A DNA stretch of 64,000 nt from Octopus sinensis (Eukaryota): the NCBI RefSeq assembly GCF_006345805.1, contig NC_042999.1:32612001-32676000 (forward strand), in the 5' to 3' direction. Below are positions 1 to 13,312 of this stretch, one piece after another; the first letter of the stretch is position 1, and every line of letters starts with the position of its first letter. The notes beneath the pieces are model-generated. The model did no database searches. It had not been told where the DNA came from and saw nothing but the letters and a program-made list of their open reading frames with translations. Made by a program: the position numbers and the translations under genes.

Positions 1-213
1 GCATGAAACGTGAATCACTGGTTTCATACTTCCATATTTATACTTGTGTAGCAAAACTGCTCCTATTCCGTACTCCGATGCATCAAAGGCTACAACACTG
101 TCAATTTCAGGATCGAAATGCACTAGAGATAAAACTTCGATTACATTCCTTTTATATCTTCAAACGCGTTTTGGCATTTAACCGACTAACTCCATTCTGC
201 TTTTTTTAATAAG

Positions 214-960
214 TCATTCAATGGAGCTCTTAATTTGTGCATGATAGGAATGTAGTTTTGCTAGTGGTTTGCCAACCCAAGAAACGCCTATAATGTTGGT
301 GTATTTGTCAGGCCATCTACTATTTTTATCATTTATTTTCCCTAAGTACTTAATTTGAGGTAAAAAGAATTCACATTTTTCTTCATTCAAAGTGAACCCA
401 TACTCTTTAATTTTCTTGAATACAGCTTTTATATGCTCCACATGCTGTTCACGAGAATTACTCTCAATCAATATATCGTCTAAATAAGGGATTGCAAATT
501 CACTATCACATAACATAGCGTCCCATGTTTTGCCGAAATATTGCCGGTACAACCTTTAATCCAAAAGGTAACCAGGTATATCTCTACAATCTTCTATGTG
601 TATATATAGTCAGATACTTTGAGCATTTGACATTTACTTTTATCTATACATAGGCTTCGGACAGATCAAATTTGGAGAAAATTTTTCCATCACTAAATTG
701 TGCGAAAATGTACTCCGGAGTCAGGAGTGGATGGTGGCATGACTTTAAGCAGTCGTTCAATCCTGTAGAATAATCGGCACACGGCCTAATCTTATTTTTC
801 TTTTTAATGCACACCGTGGGCACTGCCAGATTAGAGTAATCCACCTTTTCGATGATTCCACTCTTTTCCAGTCTGTCCAATATTTCATTTACAATTTCAA
901 TTGCCGCGAGCGTTACGTTTCTGTTAGACTTAAAAACAGGCACATTGTTCTCACTTATTT
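214..960 (-). mobile_element. Ty3/Gypsy LTR retrotransposon pol (RT) fragment, frameshifted
   Basis: ORFs 644-943 and 214-552 give IRPCADYSTGLNDCL, FSKFDLSEAY, YLDDILI and EKCEF..PQIKYLG, which are typical Gypsy RT motifs; frames are broken. Confidence 0.85.
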
Positions 961-2117
961 GAAAGCAGGCTTCAGTCTTTTACATAGATCTAAGTCCTCC
1001 GATAGTACTTGAGGAAGCATATATTTTCATTCACGTAGGCACCACTGAAGAGATCTGTTAACATTTGATTGTATGGGATATACGGGACATATACTGTTAT
1101 CATAATATTGATAGGTCTGTAAACTAACACAAGAGCAATTGGATATAATAATATATAATGATGTAATTAGGTCGTTGAAAGGAATAACTCGCCTTTACAT
1201 TACTGGCTATCGGCAGTTTTGGAAGTTTTTAGCTACTAGTTGTGTCACTGATAATATTCAGCCCAGGGTTAATAGAGTTGGCATATTAGGTTGTGCATTA
1301 TAGGACTGGCCATCATATTTGTTTTGGAATACGCACCGTTTACGTTATATAATGTGTATTTTTAATACTTAAGTCGACAACTATTTCTATCAGTTCAAGT
1401 GACAGTATAGGAAATGTTTCTACTGCTTAAGGCACAATCCTTGTATTCCTATATGGATGTGTTTAAAATCAATGAAATAAATACTAAATCCTTATAGTGT
1501 ATGTTCTGTGGGTTTCTCTCTTATGTTGAGCATTAAATTTGCCTATGGCATAGCAGATTTATTTTAATGAATTGTATATTACAGGACAAAGTATAAAGTA
1601 CAACAACAATACAAAGGAAGCAAAGTGTATCAATAGAATTACATAGTTTTCACAGAACTAGGATTGGCAAAGTAAAAACGAAAAATAATAGTAATATAAG
1701 TAATATCTTAAATAGTGAAATTTGAATATACTGGGGCATGTCGGATAATTGTAGAGTATGAAAGGCAAAAGATTAGTGTATCACACATTCTAGCTGTTCG
1801 TTTATAGATAGTATAATAGTGCACATTCTAGAAATATTTTGTAGATCGTAGACATATAACTCCAGTGACTGTTATTCAGAGAGAGTGACAATTCCAAAAT
1901 TTCTCGGTTTTCAGAAGACGAATATTAATAGTTGTTTAACTCCCCTAATTTATATTTGATGTAACGTATTAATATATGCAAAACTGCATTAAGTAATTTC
2001 ATATTTAATTGTTTGGGATGATAATGCTTCAGCCCATTAAAAAAACTTTATGTTTCACTGACAATCTTGTTATTTACTTAAGCATTCTTGAACGTTGTCC
2101 ACATTTCCGCAATACTT

Positions 2118-3230
2118 GTACGAGGTTCGGCTGGAAATTACACAGGAGGACCAAGATGCTCTCATTGAATGCGACCAAAGAAGGTTAATTTTTCAACATA
2201 GGTCTCCTTGCAGTCTGCGTGCTTCTTCCATCGGTATTGTAGTGTTTGGATTGGCGAAGAAGCTTTCATCCTGATGGTTAAACAAGGCATCGATAACAGC
2301 AATGACGTCGTCATCACTGCGACATCGCTTCCCATCCAACTGTTGCTTCACATTGGAGAAAAGATAATATTCAGATGGGGCCAACTAAGGAGGATAAGGA
2401 TGGTGATCAACCAGTTGATATCCATAGTCACGGAACGCAGCCATTGAAACCAAGATCGCGTTTGCTGGGGCAATGTCCTGATAAAACAAGTTCCCTTTCG
2501 TTATTTTATCTGGGAATTTGATCTTGATAGGGTTTCGTAACTGCTTCAACAAGATGTCATAGCACTCTCCAGTGATGGTGTCGCCTTTTTGAAGGTAGTC
2601 AATAAACACAATGCATTTTGAATCCCTCAATATTGAGCGGATTAACTTCCCGGTAGATGAAAAACCTTGGCCTTCTTTGGAACAGGTAAGGGGAGATATT
2701 TCCACTGCATAAATTGTATCTTTATCTCTGGCTCAAAGGATTGAACCCTACACTCACCATGGCTTAGGAAACGTTCAAGTAAAGCAGTTGCATTTGTCTC
2801 AAATAATGTCAGATTTTCTCGTGATGTTATCAGTCTTGTGTGCTGTTTAACAGGTGTCAGAAGACGAATCCCCCACCTTCGCCATACCAAGTTCATTGTA
2901 CAGAGCATTCTCAACTCTCTCACGGGATATGCCAATAGCATTGAGTATTTGATTTATAGCCAATCACCTGTCATCCATTACCACGGTCAATTTTTTCCTC
3001 GGTGATGGCAGTTTCAAGACGGCCAGACTTTGGGGTTACTTTCAAGAATCGTTCTTCCCCTCCTAAACGCAGCAGTCTGATTTTTCACCGCTAAAGCTAG
3101 TGCGTCATTTTCTAATATGGCAACCATTTTACTGCTGGTACATGATAACACCACAATGCCAAATTTTGTCAATTTTCAAGAGACTCTCTACTAGTTACAT
3201 TTGAAATCTTCTTTGGACGTAAGATATTTA
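2118..3230 (-). mobile_element. Degenerate mariner transposon
   Basis: Translations show DKIWHCGVI, ESNPKSGRLETAITEEKI, KKAKV..STGKL, IVFIDYL.KG.TITG, HPP..P.MAPSEYYLF (YSPDLAPSDY-like); TACGAGG-type end near 2118. Confidence 0.85.
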
Positions 3231-3649
3231 GTTTACTTGGAAAGAAATAATGCAGTTACTAATAAAAGTCGAAATTAATGCATGCAAGATTACACAGCTC
3301 TTGTAGCACTCCTTCATATTCAGCTTATGAACCTTTCAGCCAACGCCGGTAAAATGAGGGAAATAAATGTAAAACAAATCAGGAATAAAATAGATGTTGC
3401 GAGAACTAGCATTATAATTACAGTTGAAAAATAAACGAAACAACAAATCTATGAAAATGAAAATACAAGTGGTAGCTTCAAGATAACTAATGACTAAAAT
3501 ATGCAATTAATTGCCTATTGACAGGAAGCATTGTATGCGTTGTGGATATAACCACCAGGAAATTTTAATCCAGTTAGCTTGCTGGGTGTGGCTGAAGATA
3601 CACAGTCTTGCTTAAAATGATAATATAATTTAATTGTTTACACATATAC

Positions 3650-4050
3650 CTATTTCTTTACTAACCTCAAGGGGCTAAACACAGAGAGGACGAACAAGGA
3701 CAGTCAAAGGGATTAAGTCGATTACATCGACCTCAATGCACAACTGGTACTTATTTTATCGACCGCGAAAGGATGAAAGGCAAAGTAGACCTCGGCGGAA
3801 ATTGAACTCAGAACGTAACGGCAGACGAAATACCTATTTCTTTACTACCTACAAGGAGCTAAACATAGAGGGGACAAACAATGACAGACAAACGGATTAA
3901 GTCGGTTATATCGACCCCAGTGCGTAACTGGTACTTATTTAATCGACCCCGAAAGGATGAAAGGCAAACTCGACCTCGGCGGAATTTGAACTCTGAACGT
4001 AACGGCAGACGAAATACGCCTGGCGTGCTAACGTTTCTGCCAGCTCACCT
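3650..4050 (-). mobile_element. tRNA-derived SINE family A, one head plus two tandem bodies
   Basis: Minus strand reads GGTGAGCTGGCAGAAACGTTAGC (A box) and GAGTTCAAATTCC (B box); body TTTCATCCTTTCGGGGTCGAT occurs twice; homologous to 26099-26490. Confidence 0.85.
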
Positions 4051-5226
4051 AATATACCAGAGTTGGTTTTTGCATAATATAACCTTTTGCACGGTATAAA
4101 TTTCGCAGTGATTTTACGCTGTTATTTTTAAAATATAAATAAGAATATGTTTAAAAAATGACTATTACCTTGATTGAATAATATTATAGGAAAATACATT
4201 ACTGCACTTTACTATCAAAAGTGGGAATAGCATCACGTTCGGGACTATATTTATTTAAGCAAACACCCTAATATCATATTCTGGCAAATTATAATGGCCA
4301 CTTGCTGAAAAAGTTTTGTACATATTCCACCATACATTTATTAGTTGCATTGAATGTTATTACTTATAAACGTTAGAGATAAACAGAGAGACTGTGGAGT
4401 ATATAACAATACATGATAGAGTGATACCATACCAAATATGTTAGTTGTAAGGATTTTGCAGGAACAAGGATAACGAAGAAAAAATCTCCCTGCAATATCA
4501 TTATAACAATAAAAAGAATAACACTCAGATGGGAGAAAAACTTAATGCTTAGCACAATGCTTCACGCATGTTTAATGATGTCTAATGACACAGCAATTTA
4601 TGTTACAGCTCGTTAGTGAAAAGTTTTTCACAAATTAAACTATTAGTCATTCATCATTATTTTCAGTTTAAGATAAGATGCTTGACTTTTTGTTTTCGTT
4701 TACTGCTTTACTTTTTTTTTTAACTGAACACAATCAAAATGACATCATTCGCTAATAGGAATTGAACTTCTATTAAACGAGAAACATATATACGGTGGTT
4801 TACTAATAGCAAATTACAAATCAAAAAATCAAAATCTAAAAGCAATTTAAATCATAAACACTACAACAACTTGCGTTTGCTTAATTCTCAAATCTGCGTT
4901 GATAAATGTAATCACATTTAGAAGCATTTCTGTTATCAGTTGTGACATTCAGCAAAGCACTTGGATAGCATTCTAGATTTATTCTGACACTTTTATAATG
5001 TTAAATTATAGAGGTCCGAAAACATTGATAGGTTATAGGATTCGGGAACGGTATTGTTGAAATTGAAATTAAAAGGGACACAGATTTATTAAAAGAATCT
5101 TTACTAAAGGAAACAAAGCTCCATCATAATTGCCTTTGATATGAAATACACTCAAACTCATACATTCACAATAACACATATGCAAACAACCATACATGAG
5201 ATGCATATATGCACACATATATAGAT

Positions 5227-6030
5227 AGGAGGTGTTATCAAAAGTTTCCTGGACGAGTCATGTTTAATAAAAAAATAGCATATTATCATGAGTTTTATCT
5301 TCGAAATAGTCATCCTGACCAGTCTTCCTCACACTTTAGGAATCCAGCTCGGAAGTTGTTTTCCGTAAAAGAGACAAGGAGCTTTGCGATTCACTCTGGA
5401 CCTTGACAATGGTATTAAAGCGTCAACCTTTCAGCTCCATTTTTATCTTGAGGAAGAGATAGAAGTTCGCAGATGCTAGATCTGGCGAATAGAGCGGTTG
5501 CAGAAGCGATACCATGTTGATTTTGGCGAGAAACACACGAGTGAAGAAAACTTGGTGAAGAATCCAGTTCTTCACACTCCACAGATCCGGTCGCTTTCGC
5601 CGAATGTCCTCCCTCAAATGCTACAAAACGTCGCAATAGAATTCTCTATTGAAAATCTCGCCCAGGGAACGAATTCTCAATGCACAATGCCACATTTTTG
5701 TTGGTGACGCTCGTGGCAGGTCTTCCAGATTCTTCATCGTCTTCCAGGGATGATATTCCGGTTTTGAAAGTGCCGTGCCACTCGAAATATTGCTTAGTCG
5801 TTCTGCCAAAACATGCCCAATGTCTCTGTAGCAGATTTCCAAAGTTTAAGGCGAGATTACATATTGGTTCTTTGTTCCTGTCCATGAAATTTTGCAGACT
5901 ACAACATACACGTGATTACAAAATCACAAATTTCACAACTTGTGAAGTAAACATAGCAATGTTACTTAGCACACTGCCTCGTGAGGTCACCGTTAGCTCT
6001 CCCTTCGCACGCATTCATGTATTGCTATAT
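5227..6030 (-). mobile_element. Degenerate mariner transposon
   Basis: MREDIRRKRPDLWSVKNWILH, YSPDLASANFYLFLKIKMELKG and LEDDEESGRP motifs in several broken frames. Confidence 0.85.
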
Positions 6031-6690
6031 GTTGGCCTGCTACAGGCGACTTTTGGATATCTGATGGTATTTATCTGTGGAAGACATTCTTTAAGTTCGA
6101 GTTCATGGTGCATGAATATCGTTGCCAAGCCTATAAGAAAAAAGTCCAGAAGCTGCATCTATCATTCCCTATCTCTGCGAATATTATATTTCTTGGTATT
6201 TATACAATTATTTCCCTCTTAAAATTCATTCACTTTTCATATTGCAAAACTTGAAACGGATAAAACATGTTTAGTAATTTATCCTGTTGTCAGCGATTTC
6301 CTTCCGTAATTAGCTAGAGGACACACAAGTGAATGCTTGCGCTCCTTCAGGATACCAGCGGTGGACATATCGGTGCCTTCTGTTGCATTGAGTATTATCT
6401 ATTACTGTTATGATGCCCTAGGTGCAGAAAATTATATTATTGTTAAGTGGCATTGTTGAAGCTTCTTTATTGACAGAATTGAAAATAGATGTGTTATAGT
6501 ACTTCCCGCTGGCAGCAGTGTAATATTTCATATAAGTAGCAGAGACGAAGAAGCAAAGAAGATTCTATGGCTAACAATATTTGTGCATGATGTTTATTTT
6601 ACACACAATTGCGTGTAAATACTTTAAAACGTTTTAAAAATTTACTATTGATGATAGACTACCTGTTAGCAATAATCACAATGGGAACCA

Positions 6691-6812
<122 letters not shown>

Positions 6813-7322
6813 TAAATTATGCCAACAATATTGAATAACAATAAAAAAGGATGGTATAGGCACATGCCAGTGAAGGTCACGGAAAATGAGAAAGCAACCA
6901 TACTATGGGATATGCCAATATACAGAGACAGAGAAATTAGGACCAATAAGCTGGAGATAATCAGTAAAAAAGTACTTTCTAATTGATGTATCAATACCAA
7001 CAGATGACTAAGTTACTCTAAAAGAGGTAATAAAGGTAACTCGAACTTGGAGTCTAAAGACAGAAACAATTCCTATCATAATATGCGCATTAGGCAAGAT
7101 TTTAAAAAAATTGAAAGATACATACGAAAAACACCAGGACTAACAAGTATATATAACATACTGGAAATAGTACTACTAGGCACCTCACACATCCCTCGTA
7201 AAACACCCTCAATGTAGTAACAATAAGAGCATCACAACAAACCACAGCACATACCCAAGGCACACATAGTTGTGCTCAGTAGTGCAGTGGAAGCACGTGA
7301 TAAAAATAAAACTACAGAATAA
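6813..7322 (+). mobile_element. 3' fragment of R4/Dong-type RLE LINE
   Basis: KATILWDMPIYRDREIRTNKLEII..LIDVSIPTDD and TIPII..ALG; 3' UTR homologous to 52925-53025; (AAT)n on both sides. Confidence 0.85.
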
Positions 7323-7323
7323 A

Positions 7324-7391
<68 letters not shown>

Positions 7392-7505
7392 GAAGAAGAA
7401 GAAGAGAAGAAGAAGAAGAAGAAGAAGAAGAAGAACAACAACAACAACAACAACAACAAAAACAAAAACAATAATGATAACAATAATGATGATGATAATA
7501 ATAAT
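7323..7505 (+). repeat. Compound (AAT)n(AGA)n(ACA)n microsatellite
   Basis: Direct reading. Confidence 0.95.
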
Positions 7506-9469
7506 AAGTGCAAAAAATCGTATTAACTGGAACGGCTCATGTACTGAGAAGAGCATTATCGCTGTAAAAACAATATCCTTTCATGAATTTATTTATTTCT
7601 TAATTTTTTAATACATATTTTACCTGTGAATTTGCGTGTGTAATCTGGGAATGCGTACAATGAGCTTCTCTGGTGTATTTCTGATGTTCTAACTGCAATT
7701 CACCGTTCGAAAATAAATCATCGTATTTGTATCGTATATTTGAGAGGCATTGTGTTATAGTTAAAATGCTTTTCTGGATGTTTGTTGCCAGGAATATTAT
7801 GATTAAAAATGAGTTCTCTTGGTTAGAGAGCAACTGATGCCTGGAGTCTCAGTAGTTGTGTTGCACTGCCGGATATAGTGATATTATTCTTTATTTCCAT
7901 TAGATGTTTTCTTGCCTCTTCAGATGAGGGAACGATATGGCCCGCCTAACATCATTGATGAAAGCAAAGGTGTTACTGTAGTGATTAAACTGAGAGTAGC
8001 TTCAGCATAACTGAAATTCTTTGGTAGAAGATACGATGCGGTGTCAATTTTATGAATACTTACCAAGTGAGTTGACTCTTAATTGTACACATAGCACTTA
8101 GGAAACCGGAGAATGAGTAGTAACGTTCTAGACAGAGTCTCTGACGTAGAGATAGCATGAGATTTTTTTATCCTATTTCAATTGTGCAAGTTGCGTAAAA
8201 CAATTATTAATTGTGGGATGTCATGTGTTGATTTTGTGGGTGTTGTCGTCGGAGTTGTTTGATTGTGATTTGAGAGTAACATTGTAGTTTGTACACATTG
8301 ATTTGAGTGGGTCTGCGATTCTATTAAACATAATGTTGAATTGATGACGATGGCAACGAAGAACAAAAGGGTATTTTATTAACTGTATTTTATTTCCCCT
8401 GTTGAGGAAATGGATAAGCTATTACACTCAAAGAAACTAAGATCACTGTCAAATACGGCATTGTATTTTTATTGTTGTTAATTACGTCACTTCGTTTCCA
8501 ATTTGTTGTGTGATTATTGAAAGAAATGACCGTAATTTTACTGAAATTCGATAATTCTATATCTTCACCTTTGAATTACGGCAGTTAAATATTAACTTGA
8601 ATGTTTCATCTACGGTCACTGACATTTACTTAATCATCATAGCTATCATTACCATTTAGAGAATTCGAGAATATGCCTATAATTTCAGAGTCAGTTCTTC
8701 TATATACGACAAGAATTTCTGCGTTGGCATTCATCGACTGAAGCGCATTGTGTTCACTAATTACAATTGATAGGTCCTTGACACCAGCTTATCTAACAAG
8801 CTTAACATATGTTAGCGACTCGTTGATAACTCTCTTCTATCGTTCATGGAGTTCAGTGAAATCATTATTGAACACATTTTTCTCGAGTGAATTCCCGAAT
8901 ATCATGTATTGTCACAGTTTATATCAACCACCCTTTAATGTCGATTTTTTTTACATTAACTGAGGCATTAGCAAAGTATCAGACCCAAGCATTCTTGTGT
9001 TATCTTTCAGCTGATATCAGCTTGTATCAGCTTCGTTGCATCTCTCATACATTTCACATTGTGATTTATGTTTGAATACGGTATGCGCAGCTTGATTGCA
9101 AAAATATTGTAAAAGAATTGGTAAAAAAAAGGATGAACTCTTTTAGGGTAAAAGGAAATATCCACCACCAGCACGTGCCAAAATTTCACTTACATTATAG
9201 AAATGCAGAATTAAATCGCTTTTGGCACTAAACAGTTATCTCATTTGTATCGTAATTTTCAAAGCTGCTGATTTTCAGAAACGTTATACAGCCTCACTGC
9301 TCCGGCTTTTTGCGTTCTGAAGTAAAATTTTCGAAAACTTTTTGGGTAAAATTTTACGGTGAAAACTTTCGGAAAATTTGTGGGTAAAATTTTCGGGGAA
9401 ATTTTCGAAAAATTTTTGTTGAAAATTTTCACTGAAAAAATGCGACGGTCGGAAAAATGGGGCGCACCG

Positions 9470-9925
9470 GAATGCCGAGTCCGAAGCCAACGCTACAGCC
9501 CCGTACAGGTCCGCCGCTTCGCGTGAAGACATGTTCCGGCGCCCGACGGCGCGACGCCGAGCGAACGGCGACACACACGGCCCGACCGACCCGGTCCTCG
9601 GAGCCGATCCTTCTTCCGAAGGTACGGATCTATTTTTCCGACTTCCCTTACCTACATGGGCGCTATCGACGAGAGGCTGTACACTTTTGAGACCTGCTTC
9701 GGATGGTGGGTACGGACCGACTCGAGAGCTGCGATTCGTTACGGACCCGACTTTTCCAGGGCCGCCGAAAGCGCACCGGACGCCGCCCGAGACGCGGCGC
9801 TCTACAGGTACCATATCCGTATCTCCGGACGAGCCGATTCCACGGACGCGGTCCTTTACGAAGAAGAGAGAACTCTTCCCGGGGCTCCCGGCAACGTCTC
9901 CGGGCTCGCTTGCGTTGCCGCTTCT
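9470..9925 (-). pseudogene. 28S rRNA gene fragment (about D7b-D8 region), diverged copy
   Basis: Minus strand contains ATGTAGGTAAGGGAAGTCGGAAAAATAGATCCGTACCTTCGGAAGAAGGATCGGCTC and GGAGCCCCGGGAAGAGTTCTCT, matching conserved LSU segments with several substitutions; GC-rich island with no other rDNA nearby. Confidence 0.9.
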
Positions 9926-9929
9926 TCGC

Positions 9930-11072
9930 CCTTAAATTTGTGTTCATTTTACTGAATAATAGTATTAAAATTTCTTTGATTAAAACCCAAGTATCCAAAG
10001 AGCATTTGAGGCACATAATGCTTTATGAGTACCAAAATGAAGCTCGGCAACCGAAGCGACTCGAAACATGCACTCAGTTTATGGGAAAGAATGCTTGAAT
10101 GAAAGAATTTGCAGATGGTTTGCAAAATTAAGAAGTAGAGATTTCAGCCTTTAAGATGAAGATCGAACAGAACGTTCAGTTGAGTTTGATGATAAACTCC
10201 CTGAGGTATTATTTGAAGAAAACCCAGCATTATCAGTTGAAGAATTGGCAATAAAGGTTAGTTCAAACCATACGACTGTTCACCGTCATCTTCAACAACT
10301 TGTGAAATTGGTGTCTCATGAATTTTCCGAAAGCAAACGCAAATCCCGAGTGGACATCTGCTCTTCTCTCCATTCTCGCGAACACATTTCACCCTTTCTG
10401 GATAGACGTTTGACTGGTGACGAAAAATGTATGTTCTATCGAAATGTTAAACCTCGTAAACAGTGGCTCGGTAAAAGGTAAAAACGCTCAATCTCGACCG
10501 AGAAGGGAACTTCATGGGAAAAAGATTCTTCTCTTTATGTAGTGGGATTGCAAAAGAGTAATTCACTTTGTATTCTAACCACCTAATGCAACAATCAATG
10601 CTAAAAGTCTACTGTCAGCAATTAGAGCGTTTGGATCAAGCTTTGAAGCAAAAAAAGACCCTCATTAGTAATTTCGAAAAGGAGTGATGTTTCATCAGGG
10701 AAATGCGCGACCCCACACTGCAAAGATCACATCACAGAAGATCGAAGAGCTTGGTTGGGAAAAAATTCCCTATCCACCTTATTCTCCCGACCTTGTTCCT
10801 TCAGACTGCCTTTTGTTTCGTAGTTTACAGAATCATTTCAGTGACATAACTTTCGCAAGCCAGGCGGAGGTCGAAATTAACATTTCAGAGTTCTTCGCTT
10901 TGAATCCAAAAGAGTTTGACATTGATGGGATTAAAAGGCTTTTAAAAAGATGGAAGTAAATCATAAATAATCAGGAAAGGTATATTGATGATTAAATTTC
11001 AATTAGATATAACATTTGATCACTTGTTTTCTTTATTCAAAATTCGGACAGAACTTATGGGATGGTCTGATA
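9930..11072 (+). mobile_element. Degenerate mariner transposon, right TIR present, left TIR not found
   Basis: KEHLRHIMLYEYQ, TGDEKCMFYRN, FHQGNARPHTA and PPYSPDLVPSDCLLF; ends GAACTTATGGGATGGTCTGATA. Confidence 0.9.
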
Positions 11073-12859
11073 ACCTACGCTACTCATAGGATAATTTTGC
11101 ATTGCCATGGTAGCAAATACATACCCACCATTACAGTGATGCTGCTCACTCTCACCATCTTGGCAATTTTCTTAACACTCAATTACATTTTAGAATCTTT
11201 GGATTTAAAGAATGGCAACAAATTTTCAATATGCCTATTAATACCATAAACATTTCTCACTCCAATGCCATAGATATCCTGAAGCATCAACATAGACACC
11301 ATGATCAAGTTATTTGTAGAAATGCTACCTCGTTCTATTTAGACTTTTACTTGTATTTATGATTTATATATACACTAATAAACACATGCATTACGATACT
11401 TATGTGACGAAAAATGCAGTAAAATGAAGGTTGAATTGCGTAAAAGGAGATTTAACATGCAAATACTGTGGTTTAAAAATTTAATCAGAACATGCCGACT
11501 GCAATAACGTCTGGTTAGAATTACGAGTTGCGTAATTAAAAAGCAGCATATGACTAAATTTATTCCATCATTGTATAATGTTTCATTCCACTAATATGCT
11601 CAAATCATATTCCAAATACGTCACTGCCCAAAATACTAATGGTAGTTTATCTTATACTATTTTAAATCAACAGAAAGCGAGCTCAAATCTGTCAATATAG
11701 TGTAACACTTTCATACATGATCGTTGCATACAATACTAGTAGTAATTAGATATGCAACGTCTATTTTTAACATGTGAACGTTTTTGGCACGAAGAAAACA
11801 TAAGTCGTGTAGAAAACGTGAGGTTCATAATATAAGTAGCAACATTTATAGTTATATCAGTGATTCTGAAACTAGACAGTAGAAATCTATTCGGGTTCTT
11901 GAGTGTTCAATTAGGGCAGCAAATGTTAAGGCGAGTCTATGAAGTTGCTGGTATTTAGAGGTTGTTGCGATTTTTCTTAGAAAAAGCATATAAACCACGT
12001 TCAGAACTTATATATTACGTATACGATGGATGGTTCTCCTTACTTACATATTAGTTTCGACAAACTATATGTATATACAGTAGCATATTACACATCATAC
12101 GGATAAGCTTCAATGCTTAAACTATGGAGTACTTCACCTGAAACAGATAGGTATTGTGGTATACATATGATCAAGTAGTCCACCTCCTGTATTCACGTAG
12201 TGTGGTTTACTGTCGAGTATTTCATCATATGAAAGTGCGTACTGTGGTATACACTATCGTCTAAGATCTCGTATATGTACGTAATATACTTCATATATGC
12301 AACACTCCACCTCCAGTAGATAATAGTACGTTATAGATGATAGTCCACAGCCTATTATATGTATGCTCTGTGCTTTACACTGTGTAGTACTCATCGTCCA
12401 GTGATTATTACTATAGTACATATAATATACCGTACGATATTATACCACTTATAACTGTAGTAGATATTCCACTTCTTACAGTTGTGTTTTATGTCTAATA
12501 TTATTGTATTTTTTACCTCCATTCATTGAGTACCTCTCTACCTTCCATCTCATAAAAATATGTACTATAGCACATTGTAAATCCTCTAGAGATTGTGATA
12601 TATGTTAGCACGCTACCCAGTATGTGGTTGCTTCACCTAAAGTAGCAGCTATATCGCTATTATTTACATTTCCATCTTCGAAATATATTGTATGTAGTAA
12701 TGTCATTCTATTCTGTTTGTGGTGGGCAGTTGTTAAATATTTTCACCACAGGTCTGCAGAATTACAGATTAATCTAGGGCTAAGCAGCACTTTGTTTTAA
12801 ATCATCAATGACTTATGGCTTATATTTATCTAAGAGCAATTCATTCTCTGTGCAGAAAT

Positions 12860-13312
12860 CTAATAATCATTTCTGCTATAGGTAAGAGGTCTGGAATTCA
12901 GGGGTGGGGATAGTCGATTAGATGGACGCTAGTGAGCACTGGCACTTATTTTTATCGACCTCGAGAGACTGAAAAGCAAAGTCGACCTCGACGGAATATG
13001 ATCTCTGAGCGTGAAGACGGGCGAAATGCCGCCAAACATTTCACTCGGCGTGCCAACGACTCTGTCAGCTCGTCGCCTTATTGCTGATATCTAATAATCA
13101 TTTCTGCTATAAGTGCAAGGCTTGAAATTTGGAGAAGGTGGACTGGTCGATTACATCGAGTCCAGTGAGCATCTGGTACATATTTTTACCGACCCTGAAA
13201 GTATGAAGGGCAAAGTCGACCTCGGCAGTATTTGAACTCAGAACGTGAGGACTCTTCGAAATAGCGCTACGTATTTTGCCCGGCGTGCTAACGATTCTGC
13301 CAGCTCACCACC
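12860..13312 (-). mobile_element. Two adjacent SINE family A copies
   Basis: Each has CAAAGTCGACCTCG..GAA..TGA(A/T)CTC core and a tRNA-like head at its right end. Confidence 0.85.

Noticed and set aside
5680-6222. 180-aa plus-strand ORF
   Set aside because: Antisense to the mariner fossil, with no recognisable domain.
7915-7960. CAGATGAGGG..CCC motif resembling a hammerhead
   Set aside because: CUGA is mutated, GAAA is absent and no stem I was found.
9284-10098. Several 100-176 aa GC-rich ORFs
   Set aside because: They are open frames across the 28S rRNA fragment.
11960-12720. Recurrent GTGGTATAC / TCCACCTCC / TAGTCCAC motifs suggesting an ancient minisatellite
   Set aside because: No consistent period could be established by eye.
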